In this document: positions 25,501-37,500 of the stretch, one piece after another
How positions within the stretch are numbered: position 1 is the first letter of the stretch
How the letters are laid out: each line of letters begins with the position of its first letter
Origin: Amphiscolops sp. MND2022
Lineage: Eukaryota
Length of the DNA: 64,000 bases
Assembly (NCBI GenBank): GCA_964187785.1
Contig: OZ076417.1
Span: 30,318,001 to 30,382,000 of the forward strand
Direction: 5' to 3'
Program-made: the position numbers and the translations under genes
The notes under the pieces: generated by a model
Seen by the model: only the letters and a program-made list of their open reading frames with translations
Told to the model about the DNA's origin: nothing
The model's database searches: none

Positions 25501-28500
25501 CCACATCCGATGCCTCTACAGTCTGGGTCTGAGGCTCCTTCAAAGCTTGTTCAACATCTAGCTCGAGCTTCTCCTCAGAGTGCTGGATGTACATCTCCGG
25601 AAAAACTTGACTCGCTGTTTCTTCGTTTTCTGGTTGGTTCTCAAGAGTACCGTCTGCTTTCATCTCTGTCTTCTCTCGTTCCAAAAGTTCCAGTTCTCCA
25701 GCGTCATCTAACGGCAGCGTTTCTGCATCAGACTTACTTGGCACAGTTTCTACTTCAACCGGCACATCCAACTCGAGATCAATCAAAGTCTTCGATACTT
25801 CAGGCATCGTTTCAGAAACTTCAGCATCGAAAAGTATCTCTTCCTCCGGTAGTGTCTCCTGCTTCACTGGCTGTGAGTGCACAACAACAGGGGTTGCTTC
25901 GCTTTCGAACTCTGGTGCCACATCCGCTGCCTCTACAGTCTGGGTCTGAGGCTCCTTCAAAGCTTGTTCAACATCTGGCTCGAGCTTATCCTCAGAGTGC
26001 TGGATGTACATCTCCGGAGAAACTTGACTCGCTGTTTCTTCGTTTTCTGGTTGGCTCTCAAGTGTATTCTCTGCTTTCATCTCGGTCTTTTCTGGTTTCA
26101 AACGTTCCAGTTCTTCAGCGTCGTCTAAAGGCAGCGTTTCTGCATCAGACTTACTTGGCACAGTTTCTACCTCAACCGGCACATCCAACTCGAGATCAGT
26201 CAAAGTTTTCGATACTTCAGGCATCGTTTCAGAAACTTCAGCATCGAAAAGTATCTCTTCCTCCGGTAGTGTCTCCTGCTTCACTGGCTGTGAGTGCACA
26301 ACAACAGGGGTTGCTTCGCTTTCGAACTCTGGTGCCACATCCGATGCCTCTACAGTCTGGGTCTGAGGCTCCTTCAAAGCTTGTTCAACATCTAGCTCGA
26401 GCTTCTCCTCAGAGTGCTGGATGTACATCTCCGGAGAAACTTCACTCACTGTTTCGTCGTTTTCTGTTTGGTTCTCAAGAGTACCGTCTGCTTTCATCAC
26501 GGTCTTTTCTGGTTTCAAAAGTTCCAGTTCTTCAGCGTCGTCTAAAGGCAGCGTTTCTGCATCAGACTTACTTGGCACAGTTTCTAGTTGAACCGGCACG
26601 TCCAACTCGAGATCAGTCAAAGTCTTCGATACTTCAGGCATCGTTTCAGAAACTTCAGCATCGAAAAGTATCTCTTCCTCCGGTAGTGTCTCCTGCTTCA
26701 CTGGCTGTGAGTGCACAACAAGGGGTGTTGCTTTGCTTTCAAACTCTGGTGCCACATCCGCTGCCTCTGCAGTCTCGATCCGAGTCTCTTTCAAAGCTTG
26801 TTCGTCATCTGGCTCGAGCTTGTCCTCAGAGAGCTGGATAAACATCTCAGGAGAAATTTCCCCCACTGTTTCTTCGTTTTCTGGTTGGCTAGCAAGAGTA
26901 TCGTCTGGTTTCACCTCGGCCTTCTCTGGTTCCAAAATTTCCAGTTCTCCAGCGTCTTCGAAAGGCAGCGTTTCTGCATCAGACTTACTTGGCAAAGTTT
27001 CTACTTCAACCGGCACATCCAACTCGAGATCAATCAAAGTCTTCGTTACTTCAGGGATCGTTTCAGAAACTTCAGCATCGAAAAGTGTCTCTTTCTCCGG
27101 TAGTGTCTCCTGCTTCACTGGCTGTGAGTGCACAACAACAGGTGTTGCTTTGCTTTCAAACTCTGTTGTCACATCAGCTGCCTCTGCAGTCTCGGTCAGA
27201 GGCTCTTTCAAAGCTTGTTCGTCATCTGGTTCGAGCTTCTCCTCATAGTGATGGATGTACATCTCCGGAAAAACTTGACTCGCTGTTTCTTCGTTTTCTG
27301 GTTGGTTCTCAAGAGTACCGTCTGCTTTCATCTCTGTCTTCTCTCGTTCCAAAAGTTCCAGTTCTCCAGCGTCGTCTAACGGCAGCGTTTCTGCATCAGA
27401 CTTACTTGGCACAGTTTCTACTTCAACCGGCACATCCAACTCGAGATCAGTCAAAGTCTTCGATACTTCAGGCATCGTTTCAGAAACTTCAGCATCAAAA
27501 AGTATCTCTTCCTCCGGTAGTGTCTCCTGCTTCACTGGCTGTGAGTGCACAAGAGGTGTTGCTTTGCTTTCAAACTCTGGTGCCACATCCGCTGCCTCTG
27601 CAGTCTCGATCCGAGTCTCTTTCAAAGCTTGTTCGTCATCTGGCTCGAGCTTCTCCTTAGAGAGCTGGATAAACATCTCAGGAGAAACTTCCTCCACTGT
27701 TTCTTCGTTTTCTGGTTGGTTCGCAAGAGTATCGTCTGCTTTCATCTCGGCCTTCTCTGGTTCCAAAAATTCCAGTTCTCCAGCAGCGTCCAATGGCAGC
27801 GTTTCTGCATCAGACTTACTTGGCACAGTTTCTACTTCAACCGGCACATCCAATTCGAGATCAGTCAAAGTCTTCGATACTTCAGGCATCGTTTCAGAAA
27901 CTTCAGCATCGAAAAGTATCTCTTCCTCCGGTAGTGTCTCCTGCTTCACTGGCTGTGAGTGCACAACAAGAGGTGTTGCTTTGCTTTCAAACTCTGGTGC
28001 CACATCCGCTGCCTCTGCAGTCTCGATCCGAGTCTCTTTCAAAGCTTGTTCGTCATCTGGCTCGAGCTTCTCCTCAGAGAGCTGGATAAACATCTCAGGA
28101 GAAACTTCCTCCACTGTTTCTTCGTTTTCTGGTTGGTTCGCAAGAGTATCGTCTGTTTTCATCTCGGCCTTCTCTGGTTCCAAAAATTCCAGTTCTCCAA
28201 CGTCTTCGAAAGGCAGCGTTTCTGCATCAGACTTACTTGGCACAGTTTCTACTTCAACCGGCACATCCAATTCGAGATCAGTCAAAGTCTTCGATACTTC
28301 AGGCATCGTTTCAGAAACTTCAGCATCGAAAAGTATCTCTTCCTCCGGTAGTGTCTCCTGCTTCACTGGCTGTGAGTGCACAACAAGAGGTGTTGCTTTG
28401 CTTTCAAACTCTGGTTCCACATCCGCTGCCTCTGCAGTCTCGATCCGAGTCTCTTTCAAAGCTTGTTCGTCATCTGGCTCGAGCTTCTCCTCAGAGAGCT

Positions 28501-31500
28501 GGATAAACATCTCAGGAGAAACTTCCTCCACTGTTTCTTCGTTTTCTGGTTGGTTCGCAAGAGTATCGTCTGTTTTCATCTCGGCCTTCTCTGGTTCCAA
28601 AAATTCCAGTTCTCCAACGTCTTCGAAAGGCAGCGTTTCTGCATCAGACTTACTTGGCACAGTTTCTACTTCAACCGGCACATCCAATTCGAGATCAGTC
28701 AAAGTCTTCGATACTTCAGGCATCGTTTCAGAAACTTCAGCATCGAAAAGTATCTCTTCCTCCGGTAGTGTCTCCTGCTTCACTGGCTGTGAGTGCACAA
28801 CAAGAGGTGTTGCTTTGCTTTCAAACTCTGGTGCCACATCCGCTGCCTCTGCAGTCTCGATCCGAGTCTCTTTCAAAGCTTGTTCGTCATCTGGCTCGAG
28901 CTTCTCCTCAGAGAGCTGGATAAACATCTCAGGAGAAACTTCCTCCACTGTTTCTTCGTTTTCTGGTTGGTTCGCAAGAGTATCGTCTGTTTTCATCTCG
29001 GCCTTCTCTGGTTCCAAAAATTCCAGTTCTCCAGCGTCTTCGAAAGGCAGCGTTTCTGCATCAGACTTACTTGGCAAAGTTTCTACTTCAACCGGCACAT
29101 CCATCTCGAGCTCATTCAAAGTCTTCGTTACTTCAGGGATCGTTTCAGAAACTTCAGCATCGAAAAGTGTCTCTTTCTCCGGTAGTGTCTCCTGCTTCAC
29201 GGGCTGTGAGTGCACAACAACAGGTGTTGCTTTGCTTTCAAACTCTGTTGTCACATCAGCTGCCTCTGCAGTCTCGGTCAGAGGCTCTTTCAAAGCTTGT
29301 TCGTCATCTGGTTCGAGCTTCTCCTCAGAGTGATGGATGTACATCTCCGGAAAAACTTGACTCGCTGTTTCTTCGTTTTCTGGTTGGTTCTCAAGAGTAT
29401 CGTCTGCTTTCATCTCGGCCTTCTCTGGTTCCAAAAATTCCAGTTCTCCAGCGTCTTCGAAAGGCAGCGTTTCTGTATCAGACTTACTTGGCACAGCTTC
29501 TACTTCAACCGGCACATCCAACTTGAGATCAGTCAAAGTCTTCGATACTTCAGGCATCGTTTCAGAAACTTCAGCATCGAAAAGTATCTCTTCCTCCGGT
29601 AGTGTCTCCTGCTTCACTGGCTGTGAGTGCACAACAAGAGGTGTTGCTTTGCTTTCAAACTCTGGTGCCACATCCGCTGCCTCTGCAGTCTCGATCCGAG
29701 TTTCTTTCAAAGCTTGTTCGTCATCTGGCTCGAGCTTCTCCTCAGAGAGCTGGATAAACATCTCAGGAGAAACTTCCCCAACTGTTTCTTCGTTTTCTGG
29801 TTGGTTCGCAAGAGTATCGTCTGCTTTCATCTCGGCCTTCTCTGGTTCCAAAAATTCCAGTTCTCCAGCGTCTTCGAAAGGCAGCGTTTCTGCATCAGAC
29901 TTACTTGGCAAAGTTTCTACTTCAACCGGTACATCCAACTCGAGATCAGTCAAAGTCTTCGTTACTTCAGGGATCGTCTCGGAAACTTCAGCATCGAAAA
30001 GTGTCTCTTTCTCCGGTAGTGTCTCCTGCTTCACTGGCTGTGAGTGCACAACAAGAGGTGTTGCTTTGCTTTCAAACTCTGGTGCCACATCCGCTGCCTC
30101 TGCAGTCTCGATCCGAGTTTCTTTCAAAGCTTGTTCGTCATCTGGCTCGAGCTTCTCCTCAGAGAGCTGGATAAACATCTCAGGAGAAACTTCCCCAACT
30201 GTTTCTTCGTTTTCTGGTTGGTTCGCAAGAGTATCGTCTGCTTTCATCTCGGCCTTCTCTGGTTCCAAAAATTCCAGTTCTCCAGCGTCTTCGAAAGGCA
30301 GCGTTTCTGCATCAGACTTACTTGGCAAAGTTTCTACTTCAACCGGTACATCCAACTCGAGATCAGTCAAAGTCTTCGTTACTTCAGGGATCGTCTCGGA
30401 AACTTCAGCATCGAAAAGTGTCTCTTTCTCCGGTAGTGTCTCCTGCTTCACTGGCTGTGAGTGCACAACAACAGGTGATGCTTTGCTTTCAAACTCTGTT
30501 CTCACATCAGCTGCCTCTGCAGTCTCGGTCAGAGGCTCTTTCAAATCTTGTTCATCATCTGTTTCGAGCTTCTCCTCAGAGTGATGGATGTACATCTCCG
30601 GAAAAACTTGACTCGCTGTTTCTTCGTTTTCTGGTTGGTTCTCAAGAGTACCGTCTGCTTTCATCTCTGTCTTCTCTCGTTCCAAAAGTTCCAGTTCTCC
30701 AGCGTCATCTAACGGCAGCGTTTCTGCATCAGACTTACTTGGCACAGTTTCTACTTCAACCGGCACATCCAACTCGAGATCAGTCAAAGTCTTCGATACT
30801 TCAGGCATCGTTTCCGAAACTTCAGCATCGAAAAGTATCTCTTTCTCCGGTAGAGTCTCCTGCTTCAGAGGCTGTGAGTGCACAACAAGAGGTGTTGCTT
30901 TGCTTTCAAACTCCGGTGCCACATCCGTTGCCTCTCCAGTCTCGGTCCAAGGCTCTTTCAAAGCTTGTTCGTCATCTGGCTCGAGCTTCTCCTCAGAGAG
31001 CTGGATAAACATCTCAGAAGAAACTTCCTCCACTGTGTCTTTGTTTTCTGGTTGGTTCGCAAGAGTATCGTCTGCTTTCATCTCGGCCTTCTCTGGTTCC
31101 AAAAATTCCAATTCTCCAGCATCTTCGAAAGGCAGCGTTTCTGCATCAGACTTACTTGGCACAGTTTCTACTTCAACCGGCACATCCAACTCGAGATCAG
31201 TCAACGTCTTCGTTACTTCAGGGATCGTTTCAGAAACTTCAGCATCGAAAAGTGTCTCTTTCTCCGGTAGTGTCTCCTGCTTCACTGGCTGTGAGTGCAC
31301 AACAACAGGTGCTGCTTTGCTTTCAAACTCTGTTGTCACATCAGCTGCCTCTGCAGTCTCGGTCAGAGGCTGTTTCAAAGCTTGTTCGTCATCTGGCTCG
31401 AGCTTCTCGTCAGAGAGCTGGATAAACATCTCAGGAGAAACTTCCTCCACTGTTTCTTCGTTTTCTGGTTGGTTCGCAAGAGTATCGTCTGCTTTCATCT

Positions 31501-34500
31501 CGGCCTTCTCTGGTTCCAAAAATTCCAGTTCTCCAGCATCTTCGAAAGGCAGCGTTTCTGCATCAGACTTACTTGGCACAGTTTCTACTTCAACCGGCAC
31601 ATCCAACTCGAGATCAGTCAAAGTCTTCGTTACTTCAGGGATCGTTTCAGAAACTTCAGCATCGAAAAGTGTCTCTTTCTCAGGTAGTGTCTCCTGCTTC
31701 ACTGGCTGTGAGTGAACAACAACAGGTGTTGCTTTGCTTTCAAACTCTGTTGTCACATCAGCTGCCTCTGCAGTCTCGGTCAGAGGCTCTTTCAAAGCTT
31801 GTTCGTCATCTGACTCGAGCTTCTCCTCAGAGAGCTGGATAAACATCTCAGGAGAAATTTCCTCCACTGTTTCTTCGTTTTCTGGTTGGTTCGCAAGAGT
31901 ATCGTCTGCTTTCATCTCGGCCTTCTCTGGTTCCAAAAATTCCAGTTCTCCGGCATCTTCGAAAGGTAGCGTTTCTGCATCAGACTTACTTGGCACAGTT
32001 TCTACTTCAACCGGCACATCCAACTCGAGATCAGTCAAAGTCTTCGTTACTTCAGGTGTCGTTTCAGAAACTTCAGCATCGAAAAGTGTCTCTTCCTCCG
32101 GTAGTGTCTCCTGCTTCACTGGCTGTGAGTGCACAACAACAGGTGTTGCTTTGCTTTCAAACTCTGTTGTCACATCAGCTGCCTCTGCAGTCTCGGTCAG
32201 AGGCTCTTTCAAAGCTTGTTCGTCATCTGGCTCGAGCTTCTCCTCAGAGAGCTGGATAAACATCTCAGGAGAAACTTCCCCCACTGTTTCTCCGTTTTCT
32301 GGTTGGTTCTCAAGTGTATGCTCTGCTTTCATCTCTGTCTTCTCTTGTTCCAAAAAATCAAGTTCTCCAGCGTCTTCGAAAGGCAGCGTTTCTGCATCAG
32401 ACCTATTTGGCAAAATTTCTACTTCAACCGGCACATCCAACTCGAGATCATTCAAAGTCTTCGATACTTCAGGCTTCGTTTCAGAAACTTCAGCATCGAA
32501 AAGTGTCTCTTCCTCCGGTAGTGTCTCCTGCTTCACTGGCTGTGAGTGCACAACAACAGGTGTTGCTTTGCTTTCAAACTCTGTTGTCACATCAGCTGCT
32601 TCTGCAGTCTCGGTCAGAGGCTCTTTCAAAGCTTGTTCGTCACCTGGCTCGAGCTTCTCCTCAGAGAGCTGGATAAACAACTCAGGAGAAACTTCCTCCA
32701 CTGTTTCTTCGTTTTCTGGTTGGTTCGCAAGAGTATCGTCTGCTTTCATCTCGGCCTTCTCTGGTTCCAAAAATTCCAGTTCTCCGGCATCTTCGAAAGG
32801 TAGCGTTTCTGCATCAGACTTACTTGGCACAGTTTCTACTTCAACCGGCACATCCAACTCGAGATCAGTCAAAGTCTTCGTTACTTCAGGTGTCGTTTCA
32901 GAAACTTCAGCATCGAAAAGTGTCTCTTCCTCCGGTAGTGTCTCCTGCTTCACTGGCTGTGAGCGCACAACAACAGGTGTTGCTTTGCTTTCAAACTCTG
33001 TTGTCACATCAGCTGCCTCTGCAGTCTCGGTCAGGGGCTCTTTCAAAGCTTGTTCGTCATCTGGCTCGAGCTTCTCCTCAGAGAGCTGGATAAACATCTC
33101 AGGAGAAACTTCCCCCACTGTTTCTTCGTTTTCTGGTTGGTTCGCAAGAGTATCGTCTGCTTTCATCTCGGCCTTCTCTGGTTCCAAAAATTCCAGTTCT
33201 CCGGCATCTTCGAAAGGTAGCGTTTCTGCATCAGACTTACTTGGCACAGTTTCTACTTCAACCGGCACATCCAACTCGAGATCAGTCAAAGTCTTCGTTA
33301 CTTCAGGTGTCGTTTCAGAAACTTCAGCATCGAAAAGTGTCTCTTCCTCCGGTAGTGTCTCCTGCTTCACTGGCTGTGAGTGCACAACAACAGGTGTTGC
33401 TTTGCTTTCAAACTCTGTTGTCACATCAGCTGCCTCTGCAGTCTCGGTCAGAGGCTCTTTCAAAGCTTGTTCGTCATCTGGCTCGAGCTTCTCCTCAGAG
33501 AGCTGGATAAACATCTCAGGAGAAACTTCCCCCACTGTTTCTCCGTTTTCTGGTTGGTTCTCAAGTGTATGCTCTGCTTTCATCTCTGTCTTCTCTTGTT
33601 CCAAAAAATCAAGTTCTCCAGCGTCTTCGAAAGGCAGCGTTTCTGCATCAGACTTATTTGGCAAAACTTCTACTTCAACCGGCACATCCAACTCGAGATC
33701 ATTCAAAGTCTTCGATACTTCAGGCTTCGTTTCAGAAACTTCAGCATCGAAAAGTGTCTCTTCCTCCGGTAGTGTCTCCTGCTTCACTGGCTGTGAGTGC
33801 ACAACAACAGGTGTTGCTTTGCTTTCAAACTCTGTTGTCACATCAGCTGCTTCTGCAGTCTCGGTCAGAGGCTCTTTCAAAGCTTGTTCGTCACCTGGCT
33901 CGAGCTTCTCCTCAGAGAGCTGGATAAACAACTCAGGAGAAACTTCCTCCACTGTTTCTTCGTTTTCTGGTTGGTTCGCAAGAGTATCGTCTGCTTTCAT
34001 CTCGGCCTTCTCTGGTTCCAAAAATTCCAGTTCTCCGGCATCTTCGAAAGGTAGCGTTTCTGCATCAGACTTACTTGGCACAGTTTCTACTTCAACCGGC
34101 ACATCCAACTCGAGATCAGTCAAAGTCTTCGTTACTTCAGGTGTCGTTTCAGAAACTTCAGCATCGAAAAGTGTCTCTTCCTCCGGTAGTGTCTCCTGCT
34201 TCACTGGCTGTGAGTGCACAACAACAGGTGTTGCTTTGCTTTCAAACTCTGTTGTCACATCAGCTGCCTCTGCAGTCTCGGTCAGAGGCTCTTTCAAAGC
34301 TTGTTCGTCATCTGGCTCGAGCTTCTCCTCAGAGAGCTGGATAAACATCTCAGGAGAAACTTCCCCCACTGTTTCTCCGTTTTCTGGTTGGTTCTCAAGA
34401 GTATCGTCTGCTTTCATCTCGGTCTTCTCTGGTTCTAAAAATTCCAGTTCTCCAGTGTCTTCGAAGGGCAGCGTTTCTGCATCAGACTTACTAGGCACAG

Positions 34501-37500
34501 TTTCTACTTCAACCGGCACATCCAACTCGAGATCAGTCAAAGTCTTCGTTACTTCAGGCAGGAATTCAGAAACTTCACCATCGAAAAGTATTTCTTTCTC
34601 CGGTAGTGTCACCTGCTTCACTGGCTGTGAGTGCACAACAAGAGGTAATGCTTTGCTTTCAAACTCTGTTGTCACATCAGCTGCCTCTGCAGTCTCGGTC
34701 AGAGGCTCTTTCAAAGCTTGTTCGTCATCTGGCTCGAGCTTCTCCTCAGAGAGCTGGATAAACATCTCAGGAGAAACTTCCCCCACTGTTTCTCCGTTTT
34801 CTGGTTGGTTCTCAACAGTATCGTCTGCTTTCATCTCGGTCTTCTCTGGTTCTAAAAATTCCAGTTCTCCAGCGTCTTCGAAAGGCAGCGTTTCGGCATC
34901 AGACTTACTTGGCACAGTTTCTACTTCAACCGGAACATCCAACTCGAGATCAGTCAATGTCTTCGATACTTCAGGCATCGTTTCCGAAACTTCAGCATCG
35001 AAAAGTGTCTCTTTCTCCGGTAGTGTCTCCTGCTTCACTGGCTGTGAGTGCACAACAAGAGGTAATGCTTTGCTTTCAAATTCTGGTGCCAAATCCACTG
35101 CCTCTGCAGTCTCGGACTGAGGCTCCTTCAAAGCTTGTTCAACATCTGGCTCGAGCTTCTCCTCAGAGTGCTGGATGTACATCTCCGGAGAAATTTCACT
35201 CACTGTTTCTTCGTTTTCTGGTTGGTTCTCAAGTGTATGCTCTGCTTTCATCTCTGTCTTCTCTTGTTCCAAAAAATCAAGTTCTCCAGCGTCTTCGAAA
35301 GGCAGCGTTTCTGCATCAGACTTATTTGGCAAAATTTCTACTTCAACCGGCACATCCAACTCGAGATCATTCAAAGTCTTCGATACTTCAGGCTTCGTTT
35401 CAGAAACTTCAGCATCGAAAAGTGTCTCTTTCTCCGGTAGTGTCTCCTGCTTCACTGGCTGTGAGTGCACAACAACTGGTGTTGCTTTGCTTTCAAACTC
35501 TGTTGTCACATCAGCTGCCTCTGCAGTCTCAGTCAGAGGCTCTTTCAAAGCTTGTTCGTCATCCGGCCCGAGCTTCTCCTCAGAGAGCTGGATAAACATC
35601 TCAGGAGAAACTTCCCCCACTCTTTTTTCTTCGTTTTCTGGTTGGCTCTCAAGTGTATCATCTGCTTTCATCTCGGTCTTTTCTGGTTTCAAACGTTCCA
35701 GTTCTCCAGCAGCGTCCAATGGCAGCGTTTCTGCATCAGACTTACTTGGCACAGTTTCTACTTCAACCGGCACATCCAATTCGAGATCAGTCAAAGTCTT
35801 CGATACTTCAGGCATCGTTTCAGAAACGTCAGCCTCGAAAAGTATCTCTCTCTCCGGTAGTGTCTCTTGCTCGGCCGGCTCTGTTTCAAAGTTACAGGCT
35901 CCATTTTCGTGCTCAGACACGTAACTTGATTCTTCAGACAAATCAAGTGCACATATTTGTTGTTCCTCAATCGATAAGTCTGAATGAATACTAGTATATC
36001 TCGAATATTGAAGTGGTTCAACGTTTGGGTCAATTTCGGTTAACGGAACAATTAGGTTGCGTTTTTGAGGAATTCTGGGAGGATATCGGCTCTCAGTTGC
36101 ATCGGGATCCGGGTCACCAAGTTCCTCAAGAATTTCATCGGTAAAGTTCTCCAATTCGACATCCTGAACCAAAATTGGTACCAAGAAATCTTTGTATTCA
36201 AGCTCCAGGTCTTCTGAAACTGGTTCATTTATCCCTGATTGTGAGTTATCATCTGAAACAACTTCACTTTCATCATCTGGCTCTAGTTTTTCTTCTTTCT
36301 GAGGTTGTCTCTCCGAAGCTAAGTAAACTTCAGATTGGCTTCTGAAAAATTTCACCGGCGTTTCACTTACAATTTCCTCTGATTCCTGTTGCTCTACCAT
36401 ATCGTCAGTATCAACTCTCACAACATTCGACTCCGCCCACAAAAATCTTGCAGAGATGTCATCAGGTTTTTCTTCGTCGAACAGTGGTGCGTCCTGGTCG
36501 ACAGCTTCTGGTGACTCTTCCGCCATAATTGCTATGCTACCAGCAGATAAATGTCTTTTCTGGGTGACCTCGGGGGTGTTTCCTTCGTCTTCCACTTTTT
36601 CATATTCAATTAATACAACTTCTACTTCAGGTATTAGTTCGATTTTCTCTGTAGAAAGAAACCTAGAAAGCTTATCAAAAACCACTTCTGTGCCAGTTGT
36701 TACCTCTTCCGTCGTTTCCTCCGCCGGACCGGATTCTTCCACCTCGCACTGTGGAATTTTTTGACCGACTAGAAAATTATTCAAAGCGCCGGATTCTAAA
36801 TTTTTGTCAGGTGAAGTCTCTTCTTTTTCTTCCTCCACCTTGTCTTCTTCGGGATCATCTAATAGCAGTTCAACACTATTGTGTTTAAATGTCGTCAAAC
36901 CCCTGCGCTGAGGTTCGAAGAGTTCTTTTTGGACTCCTGTTTGATCGTCTTCGCCTTCTTGAACTAAAATTGGCACCAACAAATCACGAGAACTTTTTTC
37001 TTCATCAAGTTTGGTCTCCTCTTCTGTTTCGTCTCCGGAACTTGATTCGTTTTCGGATTGACAGATTAACCTAGGCCATTCTAGAGTTCCAGCTTCAACA
37101 GGTACTTCCTTTAGAGGTACTATTTCAGTGAATTTTGAAAGTACTGGAGCCTTATACATTTTGTCTACTTTTGTAGGATCCGGTTCTCCGAGTTCTGTAA
37201 CTATTGTCTCCGAGTCATTTTCTAGTTCAACTTCGCCCAAGATAATAGGCACCACAACATCACTGTCTGTTGTTTCTATGTCGGGATGAAAGTCTTCCTC
37301 TTTGAGCTTGTCACGACTTTCTCCCAAAACTGTATCTTTGTGAACTGATAGAACTTTAGGTCTCTTGTAAACTTGTTCCTCCACTTCTCTGCGTTCTTCC
37401 ACAACTGGGAAATTTTCGACTGGTTTTTCGCTGTCCAGTTTTCGCTTGGGAACCTTATCTAAGATCACCTTTTCGGGTTTGCGTTTGTCTTCCAGCTGAG

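Noticed and set aside
23205-35870. Regular array as a possible CRISPR or non-coding satellite
   Set aside because: There are no short repeats with unique spacers. The entire 417-bp unit is repeated and stays in frame inside one exon.
23106-35994. Dozens of plus-strand ORFs, including 1,128 aa (31734-35120), 589 aa and 468 aa
   Set aside because: These are antisense shadows of the 417-bp coding repeat. A stop-free unit in another frame is simply repeated, and the products are Ser-rich mirror images with no domain signal.
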